This document shows, piece after piece, positions 38,687 to 48,039 of a DNA stretch of 64,000 bases. The position numbers and the translations under genes are program-made. The first letter of the stretch is position 1; every line of letters begins with the position of its first letter. The notes under the pieces were generated by a model. It searched no databases, had not been told where the DNA came from, and saw only the letters and a program-made list of their open reading frames with translations. This stretch comes from an uncultured Candidatus Saccharibacteria bacterium (GTDB lineage: Bacteria > Patescibacteriota > Minisyncoccia > Phycocordibacterales > UBA918), in the NCBI GenBank assembly GCA_964350985.1, contig CAYGLK010000002.1:229406-293405 (forward strand). Direction: 5' to 3'.

Positions 38687-40492
38687 ATGGGACTTTTTGA
38701 TTTTCTAAAACCACAACCACAAAATAACTTTGGTACATCAAACACAGACCTTGGTGATCACTTAATGACACTAACTGATGTTATTGCCCCCTCAGCAATC
38801 AACATCAGTCCCCGAAACATTAATATGAGCGGCATGAATGCCCGGGTGCTATATGCGGTGGCCTACCCAAGGTTTTTAAATGATAGTTGGATGGAGCCGG
38901 TTTTAAATCTTGAAAAAGAATTAGATGTTTCTATAGTCATTCACCCAATCGACACCTCAGAAACCTTAAAAAAATTCCAAAAAAAAGTGGCTGAAGTGCA
39001 AAGTCAGATCAACATCAAAGCTGAGCGCGGGGAAGTACGTGACCCACAACTAGAAGCAGCTTACAGAAACCTGGAAGATTTACGCGATAAGCTGCAACAG
39101 TCAGAAGAAAAGCTTTTTGACGTTGGTTTTTATATTACTCTTTATGGAGAAGACGATGCTGCTTTAAACAAAGCAGAGACTGACCTCAAGGGGATATTAG
39201 ATTCACGACTTATTTATCTAAAGCCGGCTTTGTTTCAACAAGAACAAGGTATCCAGAGTGTTTTACCTCTAGCAACAGACCAGCTCTTGGTACACAGTAA
39301 ATTTAATTCTTCACCACTATCCAGCTTTTTTCCCTTTACTTCTTTTGACCTTACCTCTGACAATGGAATCTTGTACGGTATTAATCGACACAACTCATCA
39401 CTAGTACTTTTGGATCGTTTTTCACTGACCAACTATAACTCAGTAACTTTTGCCACCTCAGGAGCTGGAAAATCTTATGCTCTAAAGCTCGAAATTCTTC
39501 GTTCACTGATGTTTGGGACTGAAGTGATTGTACTTGACCCAGAAAGGGAATACGAATACTTAGCTGAAGCTACGGGTGGTCGCTTTTTCAATATCTCTCT
39601 TTCTTCTGATCACCACATCAATCCTTTTGACCTACCGCCACCGCAGCCAGACGAAAGCCCTAAAGATATTCTTCGCAGTCATGTGATTGAGTTAATCGGC
39701 CTTTTCAGACTGATGCTTGGTGGACTGAGTCCGGAAGAAGAAACTGTACTTGACTTAGCTATTCAAGAAACTTACGCCTTAAAAGATATTACTGGGGACT
39801 CAGACTTTAGTGACCAAGAATCCCCGATGCTATCAGACTTTGAGATGGTTTTGGCTGGAATGGATGGAAGCTCATCTTTGATTGCCCGCTTACAAAAGTA
39901 TACCTCTGGTACCTGGTCTGGTTTTATGAACAAACCTACCAACGTCGACATCAATCAAAAGTTTGTGGTCTTTTCACTTAGAGACATGGAAGAAGAACTG
40001 AAGACAATTGCAATGTATATTATTACCAACTTTATTTGGGGCTCTGTTAGACGACGTATAGTGAAGCGCTTGCTCGTGATTGATGAAGCTTGGTGGATGA
40101 TGAAATCTGAAGACACTGCTTCTTTCTTGTTTAGTCTGGCTAAGCGTGGACGAAAGTATTACTTAGGTATTGCCACTATCACTCAGGATGTAGACGACTT
40201 CCTACGCTCTCCTTACGGAGTTCCGATGATCACCAACTCTTCTTTGCAGTTTTTGATGAAACAATCACCAACCGCTATTGATAACATCCAAAGAACTTTC
40301 AATCTTACTGATGAGGAGAAGTTCTTACTGCTTGAATCAGGAGTTGGGGAAGGAATTTTCTTTGCTGGACTTAAACATGTGGCAGTAAAAGTCATCGCTT
40401 CATACACAGAAGATCAGATCATCACCTCAGATCCTTCACAAATTCTCCAGATTAAAAAGGCTAGAGAGGAACTGCAAGCTTCACGTTCGTAG
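38687..40492 (+). CDS. VirB4/TraE/PrgJ-family T4SS ATPase
   Basis: N-terminal 'VIAPSAINISPRNINMSGMNARVLYAVAYPRFLNDS' block of the Gram-positive VirB4 type. Walker A 'TSGAGKSYA' and Walker B 'LLVIDEAWWMM'. Confidence 0.85.
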   Translation: MGLFDFLKPQPQNNFGTSNTDLGDHLMTLTDVIAPSAINISPRNINMSGMNARVLYAVAYPRFLNDSWMEPVLNLEKELDVSIVIHPIDTSETLKKFQKKVAEVQSQINIKAERGEVRDPQLEAAYRNLEDLRDKLQQSEEKLFDVGFYITLYGEDDAALNKAETDLKGILDSRLIYLKPALFQQEQGIQSVLPLATDQLLVHSKFNSSPLSSFFPFTSFDLTSDNGILYGINRHNSSLVLLDRFSLTNYNSVTFATSGAGKSYALKLEILRSLMFGTEVIVLDPEREYEYLAEATGGRFFNISLSSDHHINPFDLPPPQPDESPKDILRSHVIELIGLFRLMLGGLSPEEETVLDLAIQETYALKDITGDSDFSDQESPMLSDFEMVLAGMDGSSSLIARLQKYTSGTWSGFMNKPTNVDINQKFVVFSLRDMEEELKTIAMYIITNFIWGSVRRRIVKRLLVIDEAWWMMKSEDTASFLFSLAKRGRKYYLGIATITQDVDDFLRSPYGVPMITNSSLQFLMKQSPTAIDNIQRTFNLTDEEKFLLLESGVGEGIFFAGLKHVAVKVIASYTEDQIITSDPSQILQIKKAREELQASRS

Positions 40493-40500
40493 TATACTGA

Positions 40501-41640
40501 TTGGATATGGCTGCTCCAGCACCACAACCAAAAAATTCTAGAGACTATAGACGGTCCAGGGGGAGATCTAAGGAAACTCTTAGATCACGCTGGGGAGGGA
40601 AAGGTCAGCGTGAAAAAATAGGAATTAATGACGACTTCCAATATCTAGAGGATCAGGAATTGACACAAAATGCTTCTAGTGACCAGATTTTTAAGGATAA
40701 TTACCGAAAGCGAGGGATTCAGGCTGGGAACTTTAATTACCGAGCTGAACAAAATGCTGCAGCTAATGATTCTGACTCAAAAGAAACCCAAAATGAACCC
40801 TACGTTATTCCTCGATCTAGAGGAATAACACAAGTTCGACGTGAAGAAAGAAGAGTCAGTAATAATTCACCATATCCCCAAGCAACTGAATCATCACCAA
40901 ACCCGTCCGTGGACGAAGTTTTTAATGCATCTTACCAAAATCAAGGTATTCAAGCACAAGATTTAGCTAGTCCAATTAAAAAAGTCGTTGATAAAACCGG
41001 GTCAGATTATCAAACAAAATATCAATCTCGAGAAAATAACGAAAGTAAAAGAAATTTTCGGGCGAAAACAAATTTTCCTAAAATTAATGATGCCAAACTA
41101 CCTAGAGAAATACCTAAAAAACCTAAATTTAAAGCTAATAGTAAGGTCAAAAAAGCTTTGGCCAAAAGTAAGGCTTCGGCCGCTAGTACTAGTATTTTTG
41201 TGTGGTATGGAAACCTTTGGTTTTGGGTACAATTGCCAATTGTTATAGTTAGTATTGTCGGTCTTGCTCTAGCTACTGGAACAGAGTCAAATGCTATTGG
41301 ATTTTTAGACACAGTATCTAGACTTGGTATTTCAGGAGATGTCTTGGCTATAACTGAATTTTTTACTGGCAGAGATTTGAGTCTTGCTGGCGCTCTTGAA
41401 GCAACTGGATTAGGTTTATTTTTCCTTTGTTACATTACTACTTTAGCGATTGGTGCTATTGCTTTCATGGCTATGTATCTACAGTACACATTCAGTCTTA
41501 GCAACTGCCTTTCTGGGAACCGACAAAGCCTAAAAACAAACTCTCTTCTAATAGTTTTTTTAGGTTATCTTACTCCAGGACTTAATATTCTACCGTGGCT
41601 ATTTGTTTGGGTTATTGTTGTCTGGATGTACCCAGAATAA
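40501..41640 (+). CDS. hypothetical membrane protein with basic, disordered N-terminus and C-terminal 4 TM
   Basis: The motif '(N/S)Y(R/Q)xxGIQA' appears twice in the N-terminal half. The C-terminus is hydrophobic. Confidence 0.45.
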   Translation: MDMAAPAPQPKNSRDYRRSRGRSKETLRSRWGGKGQREKIGINDDFQYLEDQELTQNASSDQIFKDNYRKRGIQAGNFNYRAEQNAAANDSDSKETQNEPYVIPRSRGITQVRREERRVSNNSPYPQATESSPNPSVDEVFNASYQNQGIQAQDLASPIKKVVDKTGSDYQTKYQSRENNESKRNFRAKTNFPKINDAKLPREIPKKPKFKANSKVKKALAKSKASAASTSIFVWYGNLWFWVQLPIVIVSIVGLALATGTESNAIGFLDTVSRLGISGDVLAITEFFTGRDLSLAGALEATGLGLFFLCYITTLAIGAIAFMAMYLQYTFSLSNCLSGNRQSLKTNSLLIVFLGYLTPGLNILPWLFVWVIVVWMYPE

Positions 41641-41685
41641 TCATAAATCCGCTTTCTCTAAGAATTTATTTGTTATCATATAGTA

Positions 41686-42645
41686 GTGAAGTATATTTTC
41701 TTATTCTTAGCCCTAATATTAGTATCTCCGTTTACTGCTTTAGGTCAATTTGATGGTGGAATAATCCCCTCTGGTGCCACACTTGAATTAAATCCTCAAA
41801 ATCCGGCGCCAGACAGTCCTTTTTCTGTGACTATAAACGATTACTCCGTACCTGGACAAACTAGTTCGATTATCTGGCGCGTTGATGGTCAGGTTATTGT
41901 AGAGGCTGAGAACTCTCGCCGCATTGATTTGACCAGTAAAGGTTCTGGGGAAGCGACAGTGGTTGAAGCAACCCTAGGACGGAGCGGTGGAGGTAATATC
42001 GTAATAAAGCAGACAGTAACTCCTTTATACTTAGATGTAATCATCGAAGCTCAAACTCGTTCTCCTGGTTTTTATACGGGCAGAAGTTTGCCTAGTGTCG
42101 GTAGCACTATTAACGCTACCGCTATACTTAGCAGCAACTTAGCGCCGAGCGACTTAGTATATTTATGGGAAGCCGGTGATAAAGTAATTGACGGTGGGCC
42201 ACTTCGAGGGAGAAATCGTATTTCGGCCACTGTCCCTTCTGGGCAAGTCTTCTTAATTAAAGTTGAAGTAAGAAAAACAAACGGAGATTTTGTTGCCTCT
42301 AGATTGGTTCAAGTTCGGACTTTTTCTCCTGAGATTTATTTCTATGAAAAGAGCTCTCTCTATGGAGTAAATAATAAGCCCATTAGTAGCTTTGGTCTGA
42401 TTGGGGCTAGCGCCACGATTGTTGCTGAACCATACAACCTGGACATTAAGACTTTCAATTCCCCGCCACTCTTAGTGTGGGAAGTTGACGGAAAAGAAAC
42501 TTCTACCACTTTAGGTAACCCTTACGAGATTACCTTAGCGAGACCTGAAGGAGTAGCCTCTGGAGCCTCAGCTATAAACTTCCATGTCCGTAACTTAACT
42601 AATCTACTTCAGGGGGCAAAAGGTAGCTTCCGAATTAATTTTTAA
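41686..42645 (+). CDS. hypothetical secreted protein
   Basis: Signal peptide 'MKYIFLFLALILVSPFTALG'. Confidence 0.45.
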   Translation: MKYIFLFLALILVSPFTALGQFDGGIIPSGATLELNPQNPAPDSPFSVTINDYSVPGQTSSIIWRVDGQVIVEAENSRRIDLTSKGSGEATVVEATLGRSGGGNIVIKQTVTPLYLDVIIEAQTRSPGFYTGRSLPSVGSTINATAILSSNLAPSDLVYLWEAGDKVIDGGPLRGRNRISATVPSGQVFLIKVEVRKTNGDFVASRLVQVRTFSPEIYFYEKSSLYGVNNKPISSFGLIGASATIVAEPYNLDIKTFNSPPLLVWEVDGKETSTTLGNPYEITLARPEGVASGASAINFHVRNLTNLLQGAKGSFRINF

Positions 42646-42646
42646 A

Positions 42647-43828
42647 ATGAAAAAACCTCTTCTCATAATTATTGCAGCTTCAATTGGTCTAATAGTAATT
42701 TTGATCTGGATTTACTTGATGTTTTTTAACAAAAACGTCACTCCAGAAAATATTTTCACCGGCTTCCTAAACGGGGAAGAAGACACTTCATTAGACACAA
42801 CCCCGCCGCCACAAATCATAGACAACAATCAAGTAAACCTCGAGCGACAGGCTCTTCGACAGTTAACCACAAGGCCGGTTGCGTCGTTTCGAGAGGTAAA
42901 ACAGTCAGCGAGCAGCAGCCCAGAACTCTATTATGTAGAAATGGGCACTGGTCATATTTACAGTATCAATACTGAAACTGGTGAAGAAAAACGATTGTCT
43001 GGTAGCACAGTTGCTCAAGCTAATGCGGCTGCTATTTCAACTAACGGAGACTACTTTGCCATTTCTTCTTACAATAATGATGGTAGCAAACGCTTAACAG
43101 TGGGTTGGCTTGATAGGGAAAACAATTTTCTAGAGGAACGTCTAGTTGAGGCAGTGCATGACTTCTCTATCGGAATAAGTGATGAACTCCTCTACACTAC
43201 AGCTGGCAATAACGGCCTTTTGGCATATAGCTACAACCTTGAGACAGCTGCTAAACAATTAATGTTCTCTCTACCCTTTTTTGAAGCTAAGATGCAGTGG
43301 GGAACAAGCTCTGCAGCTGCCCATTTTGTTTACCCAAAAAGCTCATTTGCTGCGACTGGTTTTTTATATGAAATTAAAAATGGAAAGTTAGTTCGTCTTC
43401 CACTTTCTGGTTACGGTTTTTCAGCTTTAACGACCAGTAAATACGTACTTTACACAAAACTACATGAAGAAAAACCAACCAGTTTCTTTTTTGATAGAGC
43501 TACTGGTATTTCTACACCTATTACAATAGATGTTCTACCAGAAAAGTGTTCCGCTATCGAAACACTTACAGTCTTTGTTTGTCCACGAGACAGGGCGACA
43601 CCACTACCATATGAAACTCCTGACGAGTGGTATAAGGGTAACCTAGGTTTTAAAGATGCTGTTTGGCAACTCAATCCAGCCAACGTTCCTGGAGGGATCA
43701 TTTTTGACACTTTAGACACTGGTCGAGAAATTGATATTATTAAACTTGATGATAATTTGGATCTTACTGCCTTTTTCTTTACCAACAAAAATGATAATAC
43801 CCTCTGGATGTATGAATTATATGAATAA
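42647..43828 (+). CDS. hypothetical membrane-anchored periplasmic protein
   Basis: N-terminal TM. The remainder is rich in beta-strand-like repeats and may form a propeller. Confidence 0.45.
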   Translation: MKKPLLIIIAASIGLIVILIWIYLMFFNKNVTPENIFTGFLNGEEDTSLDTTPPPQIIDNNQVNLERQALRQLTTRPVASFREVKQSASSSPELYYVEMGTGHIYSINTETGEEKRLSGSTVAQANAAAISTNGDYFAISSYNNDGSKRLTVGWLDRENNFLEERLVEAVHDFSIGISDELLYTTAGNNGLLAYSYNLETAAKQLMFSLPFFEAKMQWGTSSAAAHFVYPKSSFAATGFLYEIKNGKLVRLPLSGYGFSALTTSKYVLYTKLHEEKPTSFFFDRATGISTPITIDVLPEKCSAIETLTVFVCPRDRATPLPYETPDEWYKGNLGFKDAVWQLNPANVPGGIIFDTLDTGREIDIIKLDDNLDLTAFFFTNKNDNTLWMYELYE

Positions 43829-44750
43829 AACAATTTTTTCGATATTTGTTTTAGGTTTGGTTTTCATTCCTTTTATTTCCTGGGCACAAACTGCTCCAGA
43901 AACAGTTACTGAGTGTATAGGAGAGGGAGATGATGCTTTTTACTTAAATTTACGTGAATGTTCAAGGGAAATTGAAATCTGTAAATTAGGTCTTGGAACT
44001 AATCCAATTTTAGATACTTCAGTGACCCCAAATACTGTGACTTGTACTCAATCTGGTTTAGTGCCGACAAACCCTACTCCTGTAGACCCCTACAGTAATG
44101 GAAAATTTGTACCTCTAGTAGGAATTCCTGGAGTTAATGCAGACGCAAATATTAATGATTACATTAATGCACTTTACGCACTATCAATTAGTCTAGCTGC
44201 TCTTCTGGCCGTGATTAAGATCATCATTGCTGGAGTAAAGTGGATGTTATCTGATATGGTTACTACCATATCAGACGCTAAGAAAGATATTCAAGGTGCT
44301 CTACTCGGACTTTTAATTGTGATTTCAGCCGTAGTGGTTCTGAACTTTATTAACCCACAACTGACAGAAACTGATGTATTTCTAGCTCCAGTGGGACAAA
44401 GTGCTAATAATACTAGTGAAACAAATACCACCCCGGAACAACCAACTCTTTTTTGCTCTTCAGCTACGACCTGTGCAGAACTTAATGCCAGATGTCGGGT
44501 GGTTGGTGGCAATCCCACAACTCTTCCTTCTATTGAAGAAGGGGATGGAGGAACGGTCACTTGCGACAAACCCTTTGGTCCACCATTACCACCTCGGACA
44601 ACTATTGTTTTCCCTTGTAACTATACTGGTGATGACCCTTGTTTGGGTGCTATATCTGCTTGCGATAGAAAGGCCGGAAGTACCTATGTTACAAGATTGG
44701 TGGTTGAAGAAGATAAACTAGAGCTGATTTGTAGTTTTCCTGCGGAGTAA
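43812..44750 (+). CDS. secreted Cys-rich protein with VirB2/TrbC-pilin-like double hydrophobic hairpin
   Basis: Signal peptide 'MNKTIFSIFVLGLVFIPFISWAQT'. The start is approximate because the ORF track begins at 43731, overlapping the previous gene. The central segment 'ALYALSISLAALLAVIKIIIAGVKWML...ALLGLLIVISAVVVLNFI' is hydrophobic. The N-terminal domain has 6 Cys and the C-terminal domain has 9. Confidence 0.45.
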   Translation: MNYMNKTIFSIFVLGLVFIPFISWAQTAPETVTECIGEGDDAFYLNLRECSREIEICKLGLGTNPILDTSVTPNTVTCTQSGLVPTNPTPVDPYSNGKFVPLVGIPGVNADANINDYINALYALSISLAALLAVIKIIIAGVKWMLSDMVTTISDAKKDIQGALLGLLIVISAVVVLNFINPQLTETDVFLAPVGQSANNTSETNTTPEQPTLFCSSATTCAELNARCRVVGGNPTTLPSIEEGDGGTVTCDKPFGPPLPPRTTIVFPCNYTGDDPCLGAISACDRKAGSTYVTRLVVEEDKLELICSFPAE

Positions 44751-44758
44751 CGAAACTT

Positions 44759-44796
44759 AAAAAACAGGCACTTCCGGAAGGAAGTGCCTGTTTTTT
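44759..44796. terminator. bidirectional terminator (operon end / yidC)
   Basis: aaaaaacaggcacttccggaaggaagtgcctgtttttt. Confidence 0.75.
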
Positions 44797-44814
44797 AAGT
44801 TTTAAATTTTACTC

Positions 44815-45543
44815 TTATCTATGTTTTTTAACGTAGATCTCTTGAGCAATAGCAACTAAGTTACTAACGAAGAAGTAGAGGGCGATAGCAGAAGAAATAG
44901 TGTAGGCCACAACAAAAATAATTATTGGCATCACGTAGCGCATTTGCATTTGCATATTGCGACCAAAATCCGCCTTGAAGTCTGGCGCAGCATTTGGGTC
45001 TCGTGGCGCTAGCGCAGGCATGGCTAGCTTTACCTGGTAGTACTGGGTGATTCCAGCTAAAGCAGCCAAAAGTAGACTCCTGCCAGTAATATCAATCAGT
45101 CCTAAGAAGTTCATATTCACAATCTCTGGTGCTGCAATAAAAGCATAGAGCACATCGAGATTGATAGCCGGTAAGGCAACACCGCCACCACTATAGACAG
45201 AGAAGTAGAGGGCAATTAGAATTGGGATTTGGAGGAAAATTAAAAAGATACTGGCAAAAGGATTCATTCCAGCATCTCGATAAATCTTCATCATCGCCAC
45301 CGCTTGCTCTTCACGCTTATCTTTCAGGGTTTCTTTAATCTCTTTTAGCTTAGGTTCGATCTCACGCATGATCCGCTGGGTCTTTGCAGCTTTGATTGAA
45401 AGGGGAAGTAAGATTGTCTTTACCACAATAACAATTGCGATAATCGCTAGTCCAACGTCACCTCCAGGAATTATGTCAATAAAAAAGACCAGTCCGTTGT
45501 AAACTGGATCAAAAAAGAATGTGTGCCAAATATAATTAAACAT
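44815..45543 (-). CDS. yidC: membrane protein insertase YidC (short form)
   Basis: 242 aa with multiple TM helices and the YidC/Oxa1 block 'LPLSIKAAKTQRIMREIEPKLKEIKE'. Lies in rpmH-rnpA-yidC synteny. Confidence 0.85.
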   Translation of the reverse strand: MFNYIWHTFFFDPVYNGLVFFIDIIPGGDVGLAIIAIVIVVKTILLPLSIKAAKTQRIMREIEPKLKEIKETLKDKREEQAVAMMKIYRDAGMNPFASIFLIFLQIPILIALYFSVYSGGGVALPAINLDVLYAFIAAPEIVNMNFLGLIDITGRSLLLAALAGITQYYQVKLAMPALAPRDPNAAPDFKADFGRNMQMQMRYVMPIIIFVVAYTISSAIALYFFVSNLVAIAQEIYVKKHR

Positions 45544-45559
45544 AGAAGCTATTTTACCT

Positions 45560-45886
45560 TTAATTCAGCGCCCGTCCAATTTCCTTAGTCATATTTTCAG
45601 TAAAAAGCTTTTTACTTAACTTAGAAACCTCTGGTTTTGCAATAATAATATAGACCCCTTTTAACTCTTTCTCTACTCGTAAGATATCCAAGATCCCATA
45701 AATACGCCTACGAATAGAGTTTCTTTTAACCGCACTTTTAGACACTTTCTTACCCACAACAACAGACCCAAACAAGGTTGGGGCAGGGTAGTTAATTATA
45801 GTGGCGTAAGTTCCATTGATTCTTTTACCTTTTTTAAAGTAGTTAGAGAAACTAGAACGGTCTAAACGTTCGGTCTTTTTAAGCAT
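45560..45886 (-). CDS. rnpA: ribonuclease P protein component
   Basis: 108 aa, basic, 'LKKTERLDRSSFSNYFKKGKR'. Confidence 0.85.
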   Translation of the reverse strand: MLKKTERLDRSSFSNYFKKGKRINGTYATIINYPAPTLFGSVVVGKKVSKSAVKRNSIRRRIYGILDILRVEKELKGVYIIIAKPEVSKLSKKLFTENMTKEIGRALN

Positions 45887-45940
45887 AACTTATGTATTAT
45901 ACTGCATCCTGCTCTTCGAAAAGAGATACAAAAAAAGCTC

Positions 45941-46090
45941 TTATCGAGCTTTTTTCACCGTTAGTTGTGCGCGTCCTTTCCTTCGTCTTGCTTGCAATAC
46001 TTTTGATCCAGCAGTTGTAGCACTCCGCACCAAAAAGCCGTGCGTAGTGGCTCGTTTTTGTTTACTTGGCTGGTAGGTTCTTTTACTCAT
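45941..46090 (-). CDS. rpmH: 50S ribosomal protein L34
   Basis: Manual translation of the minus strand gives [49 protein letters not shown]. It is below the ORF-track size cutoff. Confidence 0.85.
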   Translation of the reverse strand: MSKRTYQPSKQKRATTHGFLVRSATTAGSKVLQARRRKGRAQLTVKKAR

Positions 46091-46339
46091 ATGGCAACTA
46101 CTATACATGAACCCTGTAATAATTCAATAGGGGACCAGGTCTAGGATGACCCAAACCTCAAGCTGATAGTGGGGGTCCTTCCTTAGACAAGACCTCAAGA
46201 TAGTTTATTCACAGTTTATACACAGTTGCATTTTTTGGAGAAGAAAAGAGGGTACCAATAGTAGGATTTTTACGAAATATTTTACAGCTGAGTTTATGAG
46301 AGTATAATGCTATTTACTGTTTAGATTTTTTGAATCGTT
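46091..46339. promoter_or_regulatory. rpmH-dnaA intergenic region with DnaA-box-like 9-mers (origin region, with the dnaA-dnaN spacer)
   Basis: TTATTCACA (46205..46213) and TTATACACA (46216..46224) lie 2 bp apart, each one mismatch from TTATCCACA. They sit between the divergent rpmH and dnaA genes. Confidence 0.5.
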
Positions 46340-47725
46340 ATGAACCCAATATCACATCCTTCTTCAACAAATAGTATCGTTCGCACAGAACATATTGACG
46401 TTAAAAAGTTGTGGGATGACGCCTTGGTAAAAATCGAACTTTCAATTACTCCAGCCAACTTCAAAACCTGGTTCCGAGACACTTATATTTTGACTCTTGA
46501 AGACGGAACCGCTACCTTAGCTGTACCTAGTGTTTTTGTTCGTGACTGGCTACAAGACAAATTCCAATCTATGATCCTAAAGACACTAAGAGACCTTTCT
46601 CCTTATATACGGAGTGTTGAATATGAGGTTGTCCAAAGAAACGACCGTCGCAGCGAAACAAATAAAACTCAAACCGTAAATGCAGCACTGCCACTAGAGG
46701 AATACTACATCAATAAAAACGATAATCTTAATCCAAAGTATTCTTTTGAGAACTTTGTTATCGGACCCTATAACGCCCTAGCACACGCCGCTGCAAAAAC
46801 CGTTAGTGAGAAGCCTGGAATCGCTTATAACCCACTATTTATTTACGGAAAGACTGGTCACGGAAAGACTCACTTGATCCAGGCAGTAGGGAACCAAATT
46901 AAAAAAACTGGAAAGAAAGTATTTTATGTTACCAGTGAACGTTTTGCAGTTGATTACTTCAACTCCCTCCAGAGCGGTAGTGCTAACAGCTTTAAAGATA
47001 AGTACCGACAGTACGATGTCTTGATCATGGACGATGTTCAGTTTTTGGCCAGTAAAGAAAAAACTCAAGAGGAACTTTTCCATCTTTTTAATGCTTTGCA
47101 TGACACCAATAAACAAATTGTTTTCTCCAGTGATATTCATCCAGCTCTTCTCTCTGGTCTAGAAGAAAGACTACAGTCTAGATTTGCTCAAGGAATGATT
47201 GTTGATATTCCAGCCCCTGACCTAGAGTCTAGAGCCGCTATCCTGAAAGCAAAAGCAGCTCAAAACAGTATTGTTTTAGCTGATGATGTAGTAGACCACC
47301 TGGCTCAAACAATCGAAGGTAACATTCGCGAACTGGAAGGGGCTTTAAACACCATTATGTGTCAGTCTCAACTCCTGGGACGTACTTTGGTACTAGACGA
47401 AGTTAAAACTATTATCAAAAACAGCTCTCGACCTCGTAAAACTCTAGCTGTTTCAGATGTAGTAGATAAGGTGGCTCGTTACTTTGATATTGACCAAGCT
47501 AGTATCTATGAAAAAACCAGGCGTAAGGAAATTGTCCGCCCGAGACAGATCATTATGTATATCTTAAGAGAGGACTTCGCTGTTTCATATCCTTCAATTG
47601 GTAAAAAACTAGGGGGAAGAGATCATACGACAGTAATTCACTCGTGTGAGAAGATAAAAAACGAACTAAAGTCAAACACCGAGCTTGAGGAAGAGATCAC
47701 CCAGATAAGAATGCTCCTAAAATAA
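46340..47725 (+). CDS. dnaA: chromosomal replication initiator DnaA
   Basis: AAA+ 'GKTGHGKTHL' and the C-terminal DNA-binding domain 'IGKKLGGRDHTTVIHSCEKI'. Confidence 0.95.
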   Translation: MNPISHPSSTNSIVRTEHIDVKKLWDDALVKIELSITPANFKTWFRDTYILTLEDGTATLAVPSVFVRDWLQDKFQSMILKTLRDLSPYIRSVEYEVVQRNDRRSETNKTQTVNAALPLEEYYINKNDNLNPKYSFENFVIGPYNALAHAAAKTVSEKPGIAYNPLFIYGKTGHGKTHLIQAVGNQIKKTGKKVFYVTSERFAVDYFNSLQSGSANSFKDKYRQYDVLIMDDVQFLASKEKTQEELFHLFNALHDTNKQIVFSSDIHPALLSGLEERLQSRFAQGMIVDIPAPDLESRAAILKAKAAQNSIVLADDVVDHLAQTIEGNIRELEGALNTIMCQSQLLGRTLVLDEVKTIIKNSSRPRKTLAVSDVVDKVARYFDIDQASIYEKTRRKEIVRPRQIIMYILREDFAVSYPSIGKKLGGRDHTTVIHSCEKIKNELKSNTELEEEITQIRMLLK

Positions 47726-47748
47726 AACACCTTCGGGTGTTTTATTTT
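47724..47748 (+). terminator. terminator after dnaA
   Basis: aaaacacc-ttcg-ggtgtttt followed by a T-run. Confidence 0.65.
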
Positions 47749-48039
47749 AACCAAACCAAGGAATATCTAAGCTGGGGTAAATTATGCTAAACTATGTTTA
47801 CAACAAAGAAAAAACTGTTGGTAAGTGTAAAATTTTTGCTAATTTTTATAGAGACCCTGAGGATAAAAAACAGAAGAAAATTAAGATTGGTCACTTGTCC
47901 CCGAGTTGTTAGCGACTAAACCCAACCAACCAACAGGTAGCTGTTAATTAAAGTACTCAAACAAACCAACTAATACAACATACTATTTAGATATGCACAC
48001 TTCCACAACCCTAATAGTAGAGAGTAAAATAGTTTAAAT

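Noticed and set aside
38042-40492. Possible frameshifted or split VirB4 (211-aa ORF + 601-aa ORF in the same frame)
   Set aside because: The two are separated by two consecutive TAA stops. The 601-aa ORF already has its own complete VirB4 N-terminal 'APSAI' domain, so they are separate genes.
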